Shown piece by piece: positions 47,419 through 54,847 of a stretch of DNA of 64,000 nt. Within the stretch, counting starts at the first letter, position 1, and each line of letters opens with the position of its first letter. The notes beneath the pieces are model-generated. The model was given only the letters and a program-made list of their open reading frames with translations, had not been told where the DNA came from and searched no databases. The stretch lies in sequence record OR538032.1; one strand, 5' to 3'. Both the position numbers and the translations under genes were made by a program.

Positions 47419-48026
47419 TGTGTGGATTATTTGCTGCTAGAAGCAAGCAAGAGCTTATTGAATTGTCAAAAAGCAACATTCATCGTGGTTCGCGTACTCA
47501 CTCTGTGAGTACGTTTAAGAACGGTCACGTGACGATTCATAAGTTTACAGGCGCGTTTGACGCGACGAATGTTCCCGATAGTGCAGATTTTTATATTTGT
47601 CACGTACAAGCACCGACGGGAACAAGTGCTCAAGCACATCCCGCTATTGTGACAATCGAAGAGAATGGCCAATTACACGATTCACACGTGTGGCACAATG
47701 GCATTCTTAAAGATCATTACATGAAAAAGCAGTCTCAAGATTGGGATACTGCACACATTGCCGAAGCAATTTGCTACGGAAAACTAAACGAACTTGACGG
47801 TACATTTGCTTGTTTTCACTTCATAAACGGTCATTTGCGTGTATTTCGCAATGAAATCAGCCCGCTGTTCATGAGTGAAGACGGGACATCGTTTAGCAGC
47901 ACGCGAACGATTCTCACGCCAGAGCATGTTGAGCCGAATAAAGTGTTTAACATCGACTTGAAGACGTTTAAAATGTCAATCGTAAACGAGTTCAAGACTC
48001 TAGAAAACCCCTATTTCTTTATGTGA
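47418..48026 (+). CDS. class II (Ntn) glutamine amidotransferase
   Basis: N-terminal MCGLF, RG, HP, HNG, LDGTFA, RN..PL. Confidence 0.8.
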   Translation: MCGLFAARSKQELIELSKSNIHRGSRTHSVSTFKNGHVTIHKFTGAFDATNVPDSADFYICHVQAPTGTSAQAHPAIVTIEENGQLHDSHVWHNGILKDHYMKKQSQDWDTAHIAEAICYGKLNELDGTFACFHFINGHLRVFRNEISPLFMSEDGTSFSSTRTILTPEHVEPNKVFNIDLKTFKMSIVNEFKTLENPYFFM

Positions 48027-48034
48027 GGTAAAAC

Positions 48035-48310
48035 ATGATTGAAGTGAATATCGACGACTTGCTTAAAAACGGCAAAGTCACATTTGAATTTGAGAAAGCA
48101 GACGGTACTATCAAGACAGTGACTGGTACGCGCAATCTCGATTTCATCCCTGCTGAGTTTCACCCGAAAGAAAAGCCTTTAGCTGAAGGCGAGACGAAGC
48201 CAGAGAAAACAGAAAAGCAAAAAGCAACATGCGGTTATTTCGATCTTGAAGCTAACGGCTGGCGCTCATTCAAACGTGCAAATCTTCGCGAAGTAAAATC
48301 GTTTGTATAA
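48035..48310 (+). CDS. WYL/SH3-like beta-barrel protein (DUF2693-like)
   Basis: TFEFEKADGTIK..GTRN; YFDLEANGWRSF. Confidence 0.7.
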   Translation: MIEVNIDDLLKNGKVTFEFEKADGTIKTVTGTRNLDFIPAEFHPKEKPLAEGETKPEKTEKQKATCGYFDLEANGWRSFKRANLREVKSFV

Positions 48311-48503
48311 CGACCCGTTTGCTGAACAATTGCGCGTCGGACAGTGGATTCTTCACAAGAAGACGGGTAATGTGTATATAGTAACGAGTAAAGGCAAACT
48401 CAAGTTCGACGGTAAATGGTATAATTCTGTCACTTACACGAGCGAACTAGGCGACGTATATACAAGAACATACGACGACTTCCGCGGGTTTGAACTAGCA
48501 TAA
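48303..48503 (+). CDS. DUF1653-like small protein
   Basis: HKKTGNVY, VTY...VYTR. Confidence 0.55.
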   Translation: MYNDPFAEQLRVGQWILHKKTGNVYIVTSKGKLKFDGKWYNSVTYTSELGDVYTRTYDDFRGFELA

Positions 48504-48608
48504 GTCCGCACTGAGAGACGGTCGCAGTGCGCTGATAAAACAGCGATCAACAAATAGGAGTGATGGGCCCTAACTCATCAATTCATCAACTTTCGTGAGA
48601 TCTATATA

Positions 48609-48815
48609 ATGGCTACAGATAAAGAATTACTCAATGACGTAAACAACTTCTGGATTGGTTGGGATCAACGCGGTCCCGAGAGTCGAGATTACGATGTTGA
48701 GCACGGTAATATGCGCAAGAAATGTCGTGAGTTTGAAGAGCGTAAGAAAGCTACAGACGAACGCATTGCAGCATTTGAAGAAACACGAAGCAAATACAAA
48801 AGACGAGAGAAATAA
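48609..48815 (+). CDS. hypothetical protein
   Basis: ORF. Confidence 0.65.
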   Translation: MATDKELLNDVNNFWIGWDQRGPESRDYDVEHGNMRKKCREFEERKKATDERIAAFEETRSKYKRREK

Positions 48816-49153
48816 TGACACTTAAAGCATACGCAATGGGCGAACAAATCATCATCGACACAAAAGCTGTTAAAGAAGGTGAAGAAATCAAATCCGAAGG
48901 CGGCATCGTTCTAGGACGTGCAACACAAGGTGAAGTTCCGCTACACGGTATCGTAATTTCTGTCGGTGAAGACGTTGACCAAAACGTCATCAAAGTCGGT
49001 GATAAAGTTCTATTACCACAAGGCAATATGAAAAACGTTCCAGATCCACGCATTATCGCAGGTATCATGAAGCCAGATGATCAAGACCGCGCACTCTGGG
49101 TACACACTCACTACAAAAATATCGCGGCTGTGTATCGCGACGACGAGGAATAA
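48815..49153 (+). CDS. 31: GroES-like co-chaperonin gp31
   Basis: Mobile loop SEGGIVLG, VISVGEDV, KVGDKVLLP, VPDP, HYKNI. Confidence 0.92.
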   Translation: MTLKAYAMGEQIIIDTKAVKEGEEIKSEGGIVLGRATQGEVPLHGIVISVGEDVDQNVIKVGDKVLLPQGNMKNVPDPRIIAGIMKPDDQDRALWVHTHYKNIAAVYRDDEE

Positions 49154-49154
49154 G

Positions 49155-49544
49155 ATGAACGACAACTTACGAATGATTGAAGTTTCAGCAACTGGTTACT
49201 ACAGCAACGCTACAGCGGCACATACTTGTTGGGTGACTGCTGAATTCGTTGAGAAGTACGAAGACGAAATCAGAAAGTTCGATTTCTACTTCAGCGACCT
49301 TGATGGTAAGCATTCTGAAACTCATGCTGATATTGAAATCTACTCTGACCAACGTGATATGGCATTGGCGTGGAGCGAATCTCAAGGTGAAGATTGGTCA
49401 ATTACTGAAATCATGTTCGACCAAGATGTGTTTGAAGATGCTGATATTGAAGAAATGATCAGCTTGAACGAAGACATGAACAACACGATTGAAGTCAAGA
49501 CACAAACAGTCATCACAATCGGTACTGAAACTATCGTTGTATAA
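49155..49544 (+). CDS. acidic hypothetical protein
   Basis: SD GAGGA before ATG 49155. Confidence 0.7.
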   Translation: MNDNLRMIEVSATGYYSNATAAHTCWVTAEFVEKYEDEIRKFDFYFSDLDGKHSETHADIEIYSDQRDMALAWSESQGEDWSITEIMFDQDVFEDADIEEMISLNEDMNNTIEVKTQTVITIGTETIVV

Positions 49545-49573
49545 TTCAGCGAAAAGTGAAAGTATAGTTACAC

Positions 49574-49599
49574 AAAAGGGAGCTAATTGCTCCCTTTTT
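49574..49599. terminator. bidirectional terminator
   Basis: AAAAGGGAGC-TAATT-GCTCCCTTTTT. Confidence 0.85.
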
Positions 49600-49600
49600 G

Positions 49601-50110
49601 CTATTCATCATCTTCGGCGTAACCATACTTGTTGTTATCAAAGTCACAACGCGGGTTATGCAAGAAACTCTTTCTATAAATCTTCTCTAAATCACTCTTC
49701 TTAGCGTTGTCTGGGTACTTAATACCAAGACTGTCCAGGTGTTCCTTTTGCTCTTGTAGCTTCAAACGACTGAAGATCTTAGTTTGGTCTTTCGGATGTT
49801 GTGGATGATAATCATTATCTGAGTAATCGGCTTCTAGGTAATCAACGAGATTACGCAACCACTGAACGTAATTGATTCCACGACCCTTCAAACCAGAGCG
49901 AGTGAACTTGTGAATAACAACACCTTCGTAAGTGTTGCACGCACGACAAAGAACGCCACGGATATGCCCAGTATTATGGTCATGATCAGTATGCGGTGTG
50001 CTCTTCTCTTCACTCAGTTTCGTCCCACATAACACACAACGGTCAAGTTGGCTCATGATGAGTTCGTTGCGGCATTCGGTCAGTTCTGATTGTTTTAATT
50101 GCTTGCTCAT
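49601..50110 (-). CDS. 49: recombination endonuclease VII
   Basis: CVLC, HTDHDH, IRGVLCRACN..EG, KFTRSGLKG. Confidence 0.93.
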   Translation of the reverse strand: MSKQLKQSELTECRNELIMSQLDRCVLCGTKLSEEKSTPHTDHDHNTGHIRGVLCRACNTYEGVVIHKFTRSGLKGRGINYVQWLRNLVDYLEADYSDNDYHPQHPKDQTKIFSRLKLQEQKEHLDSLGIKYPDNAKKSDLEKIYRKSFLHNPRCDFDNNKYGYAEDDE

Positions 50111-50130
50111 GTATTTTTCTCAAAAAGTTA

Positions 50131-50159
50131 TTGACTATACTCTTGTTTATATGTACAAT
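50131..50159 (+). promoter_or_regulatory. sigma70-type promoter with a divergent TATAAACA (-, 50144-50151) in its spacer
   Basis: TTGACT-N17-TACAAT. Confidence 0.7.
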
Positions 50160-50189
50160 GAGAAGGCAAATTCGTATAAGGAATATAAC

Positions 50190-50444
50190 ATGGCAGCAAG
50201 ACTATTAAGACAACGACTTGAAACACTCGCGTTGTGTGAGTTTAGTCAAGTTGAAGTGCGATACTTCGAAAACGGTAGCGAACGCTACAAAACACCCGAA
50301 CTGACATTCGATGTAGATGCGAATTCAGCAATCATTGTAATGTCAGACTCAGCCGGTCGAGTTGAATACTCAGACACTGAGATTGAAAAACAAATCGCGA
50401 GTCTTGAAGAACTCGCACATCGTGAACGCTTTTTAGGAATTTAA
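50190..50444 (+). CDS. hypothetical protein
   Basis: SD AAGGA before ATG 50190. Confidence 0.7.
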   Translation: MAARLLRQRLETLALCEFSQVEVRYFENGSERYKTPELTFDVDANSAIIVMSDSAGRVEYSDTEIEKQIASLEELAHRERFLGI

Positions 50445-50453
50445 GGTAAATTT

Positions 50454-51461
50454 ATGAGCTTTGTGAAATACACATCATTAGAAAACAGCTACCGTCAAGC
50501 ATTCGTAGACAAATGCGACATGCTTGGCGTTCGCGAGTGGGTAGCACTTGAGAAGATTCATGGTGCAAACTTCAGTTTCATCGTCGAGTTCAAGCCGAAT
50601 GAAGCACAAGACGGCGCAGAATTCACTGTAACGCCCGCTAAACGCACTTCTACTATCGGTGCTAACGTTATGGGCGATTACGACTTCTACGGCTGTACGA
50701 GCGTTGTAGAAGCTCACACAGCGAAGATGGAAGCAATCTCAAACTGGCTGTGGGCGCGTGGGATCATCAATGTAGGTGAAACAATCATCGTCTACGGTGA
50801 ACTTGCAGGCAAAGGCGTTCAGAAAGAAGTGAACTACGGTGATAAAGACTTCTGGGCTTACGACATCTTGCTGCCTGAAACAGGCAAGTTTCTAGATTGG
50901 GATGTCGTGCTCGAAGCGTGTGAGTTTGCAAAAGTCAAGACGACTCACGAAATTGCTCGTGGCACACTCGATGAACTACTTCGAATTGACCCCCTCTTCA
51001 GAAGCTTTCACACGCCCGCTGACGTTGACGGTGATAATGTAGCAGAAGGGTTCGTTGTTAAGCAATTACGCAATGAGAAACGCTTACACAACGGTTCTCG
51101 TGCAATTCTGAAGGTCAAGAACGATAAGTTCAAAGAGAAAAAGAACAAAGCAGGTAAAACTCCGCGTGCTGCTGTTGTTCTTACTGAAGAGCAAGAGAAA
51201 CTACACGCTGCGTTTAGCTGCTACTTAACGGAAAACCGTTTACGCAACGTGCTAAGTAAGCTTGAGACTGTGACACAAAAGCAGTTCGGGATGATCAGCG
51301 GTTTATTCATCAAAGACGCCAAAGATGAGTTTGAGCGTGACGAACTCAACGAAACGGCAATTGCTCGTGATGATTGGGACGTGATCAAGCGTTCACTGAC
51401 GAATATCGCCAATGAAATTTTACGCAAGAACTGGCTGGATATTCTAGACGGGAATTTCTAA
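50454..51461 (+). CDS. rnlB: RNA ligase 2
   Basis: EKIHGANFSF, YGEL.G, EGFVVK, LKVKNDKFKE. Confidence 0.95.
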   Translation: MSFVKYTSLENSYRQAFVDKCDMLGVREWVALEKIHGANFSFIVEFKPNEAQDGAEFTVTPAKRTSTIGANVMGDYDFYGCTSVVEAHTAKMEAISNWLWARGIINVGETIIVYGELAGKGVQKEVNYGDKDFWAYDILLPETGKFLDWDVVLEACEFAKVKTTHEIARGTLDELLRIDPLFRSFHTPADVDGDNVAEGFVVKQLRNEKRLHNGSRAILKVKNDKFKEKKNKAGKTPRAAVVLTEEQEKLHAAFSCYLTENRLRNVLSKLETVTQKQFGMISGLFIKDAKDEFERDELNETAIARDDWDVIKRSLTNIANEILRKNWLDILDGNF

Positions 51462-51463
51462 AC

Positions 51464-51658
51464 TTGAAAAAGCGTGCGTGGTTCTTTGTATTTTGCGGAA
51501 TCGGTGCTATAAGCTACTTCGGTGGCTTATTCTTAGCGTCGCTGCTTATCTCGAAGTCAATCGAAGCATCTATAATGTTCATCGGAATCGTGTTTCTAGC
51601 CCTCTTAAATACAATCAGAGCGGGCATCGAAGAAGATGAAAACAACAAAGCCCCTTAA
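51464..51658 (+). CDS. two-TM membrane protein
   Basis: Hydrophobic; TTG start. Confidence 0.55.
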   Translation: MKKRAWFFVFCGIGAISYFGGLFLASLLISKSIEASIMFIGIVFLALLNTIRAGIEEDENNKAP

Positions 51659-51671
51659 TTGGGGCTTTTTT
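51647..51671 (+). terminator. intrinsic terminator
   Basis: AAAGCCCC-TTAATT-GGGGCTTTTT. Confidence 0.8.
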
Positions 51672-51685
51672 ATGGGTGAAAGAAA

Positions 51686-52234
51686 ATGGCATTTATGAAA
51701 AAAGAGAAAGACGCAAAAGACATTACCGAAGCAGATATGCAGTACGCAATTGCAGTACAAAGCGTATGGATTCACAAACGCTACACAGCGATTATTCCAA
51801 ACTGTTACACCAAATGGGATAATGAAGCTGATCTGTTTGCTATTCGTCCAAGTGGTCTTTGTGATGAGATTGAAATCAAAGTATCCAAAGCTGATTTTCG
51901 AATTGATGAGCAAAAATCAGTAAAGGTCATCGACGAAAGTACACCAAATCTACGATGGCATCGTTACGAAGACGTTCCAAAACGCACAGCATTGCAAGAT
52001 GGTAAAATGTCGAACTACTTCTGGTATGCATTCCCTAAAGGGCTTGTAGACCACTCTGAAGTCCCAGAATGGGCTGGTATAATCGAAGTGGATGGATTTC
52101 TGAACGCCAGAGAAGTAAGAATGCCAAAACGTCTGCATGGTGGCAAGATGACAATCGAAGAGCAACTAAAACAAATCAAGAAACTTGGCTATCGCTTCTG
52201 GAATCTGGTTAAAAAGAACAAAAAGGAACAGTGA
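51686..52234 (+). CDS. PD-(D/E)XK-fold protein, MmcB-like
   Basis: EADLFAI...EIEIKVSKADF..D; NYFWYAFP. Confidence 0.6.
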   Translation: MAFMKKEKDAKDITEADMQYAIAVQSVWIHKRYTAIIPNCYTKWDNEADLFAIRPSGLCDEIEIKVSKADFRIDEQKSVKVIDESTPNLRWHRYEDVPKRTALQDGKMSNYFWYAFPKGLVDHSEVPEWAGIIEVDGFLNAREVRMPKRLHGGKMTIEEQLKQIKKLGYRFWNLVKKNKKEQ

Positions 52235-52306
52235 GGCGGAAAAATTCCGCATCATCTTAGTAGAATTAGTAGTTTTAGTGAAGTTAGGGATATTAGTAGT
52301 ATTAGG
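52232..52306 (+). repeat. hairpin plus 6x TTAG at 9-bp period (copy 2)
   Basis: TGAgGCGGAA-AAA-TTCCGCaTCA; TTAG at 52257, 52266, 52275, 52284, 52293, 52302. Confidence 0.9.
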
Positions 52307-52332
52307 AGACTGTCAATGACTTGAAAAAGTTG

Positions 52333-52361
52333 TTGACAGTCTCCTTTTTTGATCGTACTAT
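52333..52361 (+). promoter_or_regulatory. sigma70-type promoter in the 3' arm of a 12-bp inverted repeat
   Basis: TTGACA-N17-TACTAT; IR GGAGACTGTCAA/TTGACAGTCTCC followed by T6. Confidence 0.7.
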
Positions 52362-52386
52362 ACAGTCCTTGAAACAAATTATGTGA

Positions 52387-52923
52387 GTGAAGACTATGAA
52401 CTTGAGTGAACGTGAAGAAGAGCTAAAAGCATTAGCGATTGACCATGTGTGTGACGATGAAGTTGCTGTCACCGTTTCATGCGCTGGTATGAGTAATTAC
52501 TACACTGTTTGCCCGTCAGAGTTCAAAGACTTTTTGGACAACCATGAGGGAACATCTTATGTAGCATTTGAATGGCACAACATCCCAGATGATTTACAAG
52601 ATGAAGAACTAGACTTCGATGGTCTACTTGCTTGGTTTAATCTAGATGAACATGAGCGTGAAATCTGCGAAGCATTGTATGATAATAACGTTTGTATGTC
52701 ATACGAAGATGCAGCCGAGAAAGTCAGTGACTGTTGGGTATTTGAAGGCACACGCGAAGACTATGCAAGACATGTAACGTCTGAATTAATGGGTATTCGC
52801 TTAGAAGATATGCCTGTCATTGTAAGCAGCAACATCAACTGGGGTGATGTATTCATCGACCTTGACGCAGAGGGTAGTATCTACGAGATTGGTCGCGACA
52901 AATACTTAACAGTACACGGTTAA
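52387..52923 (+). CDS. ArdA-like antirestriction (DNA mimic) protein
   Basis: Very acidic; EDYARHV...MP..VSSNINW..VFIDL resembles the ArdA C-terminus. Confidence 0.6.
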   Translation: MKTMNLSEREEELKALAIDHVCDDEVAVTVSCAGMSNYYTVCPSEFKDFLDNHEGTSYVAFEWHNIPDDLQDEELDFDGLLAWFNLDEHEREICEALYDNNVCMSYEDAAEKVSDCWVFEGTREDYARHVTSELMGIRLEDMPVIVSSNINWGDVFIDLDAEGSIYEIGRDKYLTVHG

Positions 52924-52924
52924 A

Positions 52925-53503
52925 ATGAGTAGCACAAAAGGTAACGTTAACAAAGACGATTACTACGCTACGCCAGACTGGATTGTTGAAGAGTTTCTTG
53001 AAAATTTCGAGAGACGTATACACACAACTCATCATTTGAGTATGTCTGCTATGCATGTTCTTGACCCATCATGTGGTGGTTGTTCTGAACACAAAGCAGC
53101 ATATCCAGTAGCTTACAAGAAATTGTATCATGTCGATATTGACACAATGGATATTCGTGAAGACAGTCACGCGCAAATTATCGCGAACTATCTCGAAACT
53201 GATGTTCAGAAGAATCATTACGACATGATCATGACGAACCCGCCGTTCAGCTTATCAGTTGATTTTGCTGAGAAAGCATTGAGTGAAATCAAGAACGGTG
53301 GTTATGTCGTCATGCTACAGCGTCTGAACTGGCTAGGTAGTATCAAAAGAAAGCCTTTCTGGGACACAATGCCCCTGAGAGCAGTGATGGTTCACCATCG
53401 TCGACCGTCATTCCATGGTACAAAAGGCACAGACTCGATTGAGTACGCGCACTTTGTATTTCAAAAAGGTTACGCAGGTAAAGCAGAGATTATAGTAATA
53501 TGA
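52925..53503 (+). CDS. amino (N6-adenine/N4-cytosine) DNA methyltransferase
   Basis: DDYYATP, VLDPSCGG, MTNPPF. Confidence 0.88.
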   Translation: MSSTKGNVNKDDYYATPDWIVEEFLENFERRIHTTHHLSMSAMHVLDPSCGGCSEHKAAYPVAYKKLYHVDIDTMDIREDSHAQIIANYLETDVQKNHYDMIMTNPPFSLSVDFAEKALSEIKNGGYVVMLQRLNWLGSIKRKPFWDTMPLRAVMVHHRRPSFHGTKGTDSIEYAHFVFQKGYAGKAEIIVI

Positions 53504-53709
53504 TTACTTCAGTTGAAACTTATGAAGGTCTACTAGACACATTCGAAAAACCACAACCAATGAAAATTGTGACTGGTGAGATTCACTATTCATTATTTGG
53601 CATTCCGTTGCTTCGTCGCAAATGCGAACTATTGCTAGAGACTTACTTAGTTTCAACTGACTCTATGCTCGGTGATGTTTACATGTGGGACGTGGCAAAA
53701 CGTTTATGA
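53500..53709 (+). CDS. hypothetical protein
   Basis: Coupled ORF. Confidence 0.65.
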   Translation: MITSVETYEGLLDTFEKPQPMKIVTGEIHYSLFGIPLLRRKCELLLETYLVSTDSMLGDVYMWDVAKRL

Positions 53710-54083
53710 GAAAATTATTAAGGGAACTTATGTCCAATTTCAAAGCAAATCTAAAAAGTCGCAGTACAATTAAGATCAATGGTACTGAGTATCACGGTAC
53801 AAGTGTGACGATCAAAAACGGCAAAGTCGTCGTTGACGGTCGTTTGCAAGGTGACATTGATGATCGCGTGGTGAACGTGTACATTGATGGTGACTGTACG
53901 CTTGTTCAGAACGAGAACGGCAATATTGCATGTCGTAACGTACAAGGTGACGTGTCAACGACTAATGGCGATATTGAATGTGACGATGTTAACGGTTCAG
54001 TATCATCAACGAACGGCGACATTAAATGCTGTGATGTTGGCGGGAACGTAAGCACAACCAACGGGGATATTATCCGAAAATGA
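53706..54083 (+). CDS. beta-strand repeat protein (DUF4097-like)
   Basis: Repeats V.G.V(S)TTNGDI.C. Confidence 0.7.
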   Translation: MRKLLRELMSNFKANLKSRSTIKINGTEYHGTSVTIKNGKVVVDGRLQGDIDDRVVNVYIDGDCTLVQNENGNIACRNVQGDVSTTNGDIECDDVNGSVSSTNGDIKCCDVGGNVSTTNGDIIRK

Positions 54084-54352
54084 AAGATCAAACTCGAATC
54101 AAAGAAGTAATTGACGGCGCGATTGAGAAAATTGAATCACAATCGACACAAAGTTTCAGCGTGCAAGAATTTACGCCATGTGATGTTGTCAATTACTTGC
54201 AGGAAATCGGCTACGAAGCTCATGAACTTGAGACAAACGGTTGGCAAGTTGACTTCTGGCAAGATTTCAGCAAAGACGGCTGCAAGACACTTACCTTTTC
54301 AGGTAGCTGGTACTTTGGTCAAGCAACCTTGAGTGAGGCATACAATGACTAA
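54080..54352 (+). CDS. hypothetical protein
   Basis: ATGA overlap. Confidence 0.7.
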   Translation: MKDQTRIKEVIDGAIEKIESQSTQSFSVQEFTPCDVVNYLQEIGYEAHELETNGWQVDFWQDFSKDGCKTLTFSGSWYFGQATLSEAYND

Positions 54353-54647
54353 GCAAACAGATTTCTTTGATCGTGAAATCAAAGATGGTGACTTTGTTCT
54401 GCGTGCTAAGAACTCAGGTCGTACATATACTATGAGCGTGCTTCATGTTGTTGACTTGCCAGACGGTAAGCGCAAGTATCTTGAGCTAAGTCGTTGGGGT
54501 GGCAGCGGGATCAGTCGTAATGCTAAATTGCCTTGCGGTAGTTCATCTACTATCGTTGAAGCGTCGATTGTTGAAAGAAAATACCCTGAAGCGTATCGCG
54601 CTGCATTACAAGAAGCTGAACTTCTTCGCATGCCAATCCCGCAATAA
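54345..54647 (+). CDS. hypothetical protein
   Basis: SD GAGG; DFFDREIKDGDFV. Confidence 0.7.
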   Translation: MTKQTDFFDREIKDGDFVLRAKNSGRTYTMSVLHVVDLPDGKRKYLELSRWGGSGISRNAKLPCGSSSTIVEASIVERKYPEAYRAALQEAELLRMPIPQ

Positions 54648-54650
54648 TGC

Positions 54651-54678
54651 TTGACACGTGTTGTCAGTCGTGTATAAT
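54651..54678 (+). promoter_or_regulatory. sigma70-type promoter for the rII operon
   Basis: TTGACA-N16-TATAAT. Confidence 0.7.
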
Positions 54679-54702
54679 TCTCTGTAAACATAGGAGAGCA
54701 AT

Positions 54703-54840
54703 ATGATTGACAACATGATAAAAGACATGATCGAGTCAGAAATTGATGTTAACGACATCGTTGATTGTCTAGTTAACCAGTACAACGTATCTCACGATGA
54801 AGCACTCGAAGCGATTCACGAGGTACTTAACGAAATGTGA
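54703..54840 (+). CDS. 45-aa acidic protein (not in ORF track)
   Basis: SD AGGAG; MIDNMIKDMIESEIDVND... Confidence 0.65.
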   Translation: MIDNMIKDMIESEIDVNDIVDCLVNQYNVSHDEALEAIHEVLNEM

Positions 54841-54847
54841 GAAATAT

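Noticed and set aside
48515-48545. GGTCGCAGT...ATAAAA resembling a preQ1-I riboswitch downstream of the que cluster
   Set aside because: The required P1 stem does not pair (GACGG versus GCGCT), and the position is 3' of the que genes
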